This document shows, in pieces, positions 61,211-64,000 of a stretch of 64,000 nt of DNA (position 1 is its first letter; every line of letters starts with the position of its first letter). Made by a program: the position numbers and the translations under genes. Origin of the DNA: Octopus sinensis (taxonomy: Eukaryota); the NCBI RefSeq assembly GCF_006345805.1, contig NC_043022.1, positions 13,764,001-13,828,000 on the forward strand, written 5' to 3'. The notes beneath the pieces were generated by a model. It saw only the letters and a program-made list of their open reading frames with translations, searched no databases and was not told the DNA's origin.

Positions 61211-62437
61211 GTCAGTATAAATACCCAGCCTTCTTATTTTTATTTATTTAATTTTCATTTTCTTTAAGTTTTTTTAAAATTAATTTTTCAAATTCATTTG
61301 ACTATTTTGCAATGTCTATAATTTCTTCAGTTCTTCCGCTGACCATTCTTAACTCTGTTTACTATTTTTCTGTAAAAATACATTGCCTCTGTTACAATTA
61401 TTTTTGAAAATAATATAGAATTTAGTAAAATAACTTTATTATTAAGCTGGTGTTTAGAACATAAATTAACATGGAAAAATACCTTAGGAATGAGAACCCA
61501 GGTTTGAATTTTCCCCAAAACACCTGAAGAAGGTTGGAGGGTATATCAGCCGAAACGTGTTAACAACAAACAATCCTGGGCTCATCCTGATTCCAAAAGA
61601 ACGTATAATATGTCTCTGTGGAGCAAATCTAGTCTGAGATACAGGAGTCCCAGACGAACAGACAGAATTTCGCTTTTATTAATATAGATGTGTAAAGATG
61701 AAGAGTTGAGAGAAGGCAGAATTGTTTTGTGTAGCAGACACGTAATAGTATTTATTTTGGTTCCTTGCATCCTGGTTTCACGTCCCACCAAAATCCATTT
61801 TGCCTTTCGTCCTTTCATATTGATGAAATAAGTACCAGTTATGTACCATGGTCAATGATTATTACTAGTCCCCTCTCCCTTAAAATTATCAGGCCTGTGC
61901 TTAAAAAAAAAAAAAAGGACAATTCTTTATATATGTACGTAGGCGCAGGAGTGGCTGTGTGGTAAGTAGCTTGCTAACCAACCACATGGTTCCGGGTTCA
62001 GTCCCACTGCGTGGCATCTTGGGCAAGTGTCTTCTGCTATAGCCCCGGCCGACCAAAGCTTGTGAGTGGATTTGGTAGACGGAAACTGAAAGAAGCCGTT
62101 TGTATATATGTATATGTGTGTGTCTGTGTTTGTCCCCCTCGCATTGCTTGACAACCAATGCTGGTGTGTTTATGTCCCCGTCACTTAGCGGTTCGGCAAA
62201 AAGAGACCGATAGAATAAGTACTGGGCTTCCAAAGAATAAGTCCCTGGGTCGATTTGCTCGACTAAAGGCGGTGCTCCAGCATGGCCACAGTCAAATGAC
62301 TGAAACAAGTAAAAGAGTAAAGAGTATAAATTAAACTCAGATTGCTTTGTATTCTGGAGATTGAAGAATTAAAAATTTGTATTCCATCTTTTGAACGGTG
62401 GCTCTCATGTTTGTTGTATTTTGTTTTTTAATTCTAG

Positions 62438-62539
62438 CTATTATTTGTCCAACCACTTTGATGGCACCATCAGGTGTGAGAAATTGGATGAACTTCACCA
62501 CAAACTTTGGCAACGGGAAGTCAACGCCATTACGGAGAA
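62438..62539 (+). CDS. XRN1: XRN1 exon 21: YYLSNHFDGTIRCEKLDELHHKLWQREVNAITE(K/N); gene continues beyond the window
   Basis: tctAG / GTAAGG; 102 nt; phase matches exon 20; W..EV..I.E pattern. Confidence 0.88.
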
Positions 62540-64000
62540 GTAAGGTTTACTTTGATTTGTCGAGAGTGGACATGAGAATTATTTAACTCTTTAGCATTCG
62601 GGTTTCTCTGTCAAAATGTAACGCTTCTTTATCCGTATTATCTTGAATTCATCATATATTGCAGCTTTTAGATTTCAATAATGTGATTGTCTACTTGTAG
62701 AATGACATTGTATGATAGGTGTGAGAGGTTGGATCTGGTTTGTTTGAAAATAAAGCAGGTAAAATATTTGGGCTGGATATGGCTGGCTTAAATGCTGAAG
62801 AGATAAATTTAATTTATTTATTTTTCACTGTATTTCCTTATCAGTCCCTTGCTGTTTTGGCTTGAGTTGAAGAGTCTGTCTTGCGAGACTTTGCTGTGAT
62901 GTCCCAAACTCTGCAGGAACGGCACACAGCCATAAAAAAAAACATGCCAAAACTAAGACAGATGCCTGGTGCAGCTCCTGTCAAACTATCCAGCCCATGC
63001 CAGCATGGAAAGCTGATGTTAAATGATGGTGATGTCTGTAGTACAAGAGCTGTGAGCTTTCAATATGGTTAGCCTGTTGCTGGAAAGGCCCACAAGAGAG
63101 ATTCTTCAAGCTGAACCAACTGGGAAGGGACCCAAGGAGAGACTAAGTACAAGATGGTTGGAGAAGGTCCATAGTTTCAGTTGGTCATGCTTGAGAATCC
63201 AGCCAGAAAGCATAATGACAGTTGCTTCTGATAGGCCCCTTATGGAAGAGGTGCCTGAGGACTCTAATCCCTCTAAATATGACCTTCTGAGGCACATGGC
63301 TCAGTAGTTAGGGTGTCGAGCTTACGATCGTGAGGTTGTGAATTCGAATCCCGGACCGGGCTGCATGTTGTGTTCTTGAGCAAGACACTTTATTTCACGT
63401 TGCTACAGTTCACTCAGCTGTAGAAATGAGTTGTGACGTCACAGGTGCCAAGCTGTATCGGCCCCTTTGCCTTTCCCTTGGATAACACTGGTGGCATGGA
63501 GAGGGGCGGCTGGTCTGCATGGGTGACTGCTGGTCTTCCATAAAACAACCTTGCCCGGACTTGTGCCTGGGAGGGTAACTTTCTAGGTGCAATCCCATGG
63601 TCAGTCATGACCGAAGAGGGTCTCAGAGGAACAGTAGGCAGCAAAAGTGGAAGGATGGATATTCTTTACTTTCCCCCTTTTCGTGTATGTTTTCCAAGCA
63701 TCCATTTTAAATTGAGAACAAAATTTGTTGAGTGAGATTTTTTTTTTACGGCTGGATTCTCTCCCTGTTGCCAAACCTCGCCTGTTTCCAAACATCGAAT
63801 TTCCTTTCTCCCTGGCTTGCAAGCGGAGGAGACAATTCGTTTGATGAGGGCACTTGTTTAAAACTTTAACCTGATGTCAAGACAAGCTTCTTTCAGTTTC
63901 CGTCTACCAAATCCACTCAGAAGGCTTTAGTCAGCCTGTGGCTATAGTAGAAGACACTTGCCCAAGGTGCCACGCAGTGGGACTGAACCTGCAAAACCTG

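Overview
AT-rich, microsatellite- and SINE-dense eukaryotic genomic DNA. The repeat families look like those of Octopus (coleoid cephalopod), which is an inference. Two protein-coding genes lie head-to-head. SPCS1 (signal peptidase complex subunit 1) is complete on the minus strand: 4 exons, 111 aa, 15608-21779. XRN1 (5'-3' exoribonuclease 1) is on the plus strand: its first 21 coding exons (24808-62539, 2315 nt, about 771 codons) splice in frame through GT-AG introns, all catalytic acidic motifs are present, and the gene continues past the window. The left 15 kb holds a CpG-rich promoter-like patch and a few exon-like segments that I could not assign to a gene. Most other sequence is tRNA-derived SINEs, 5'-truncated LINEs (RTE, CR1/L2-like, R4/Dong-like), many MITEs and very long (TA/TG)n arrays, which explain most of the supplied ORFs. 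Items most worth checking: (i) minimal hammerhead-ribozyme-like motifs in three repeat families, one sitting behind a Pol III tRNA-like head; (ii) a 250-bp element with terminal inverted repeats and an 8-bp target duplication that carries telomere-like repeats; (iii) a 63-bp x 11 array open in five frames and in frame with XRN1 exon 5; (iv) tight intronic fold-backs in the XRN1 pre-mRNA, which are candidate ADAR substrates; (v) multimeric SINEs that reuse one junction.
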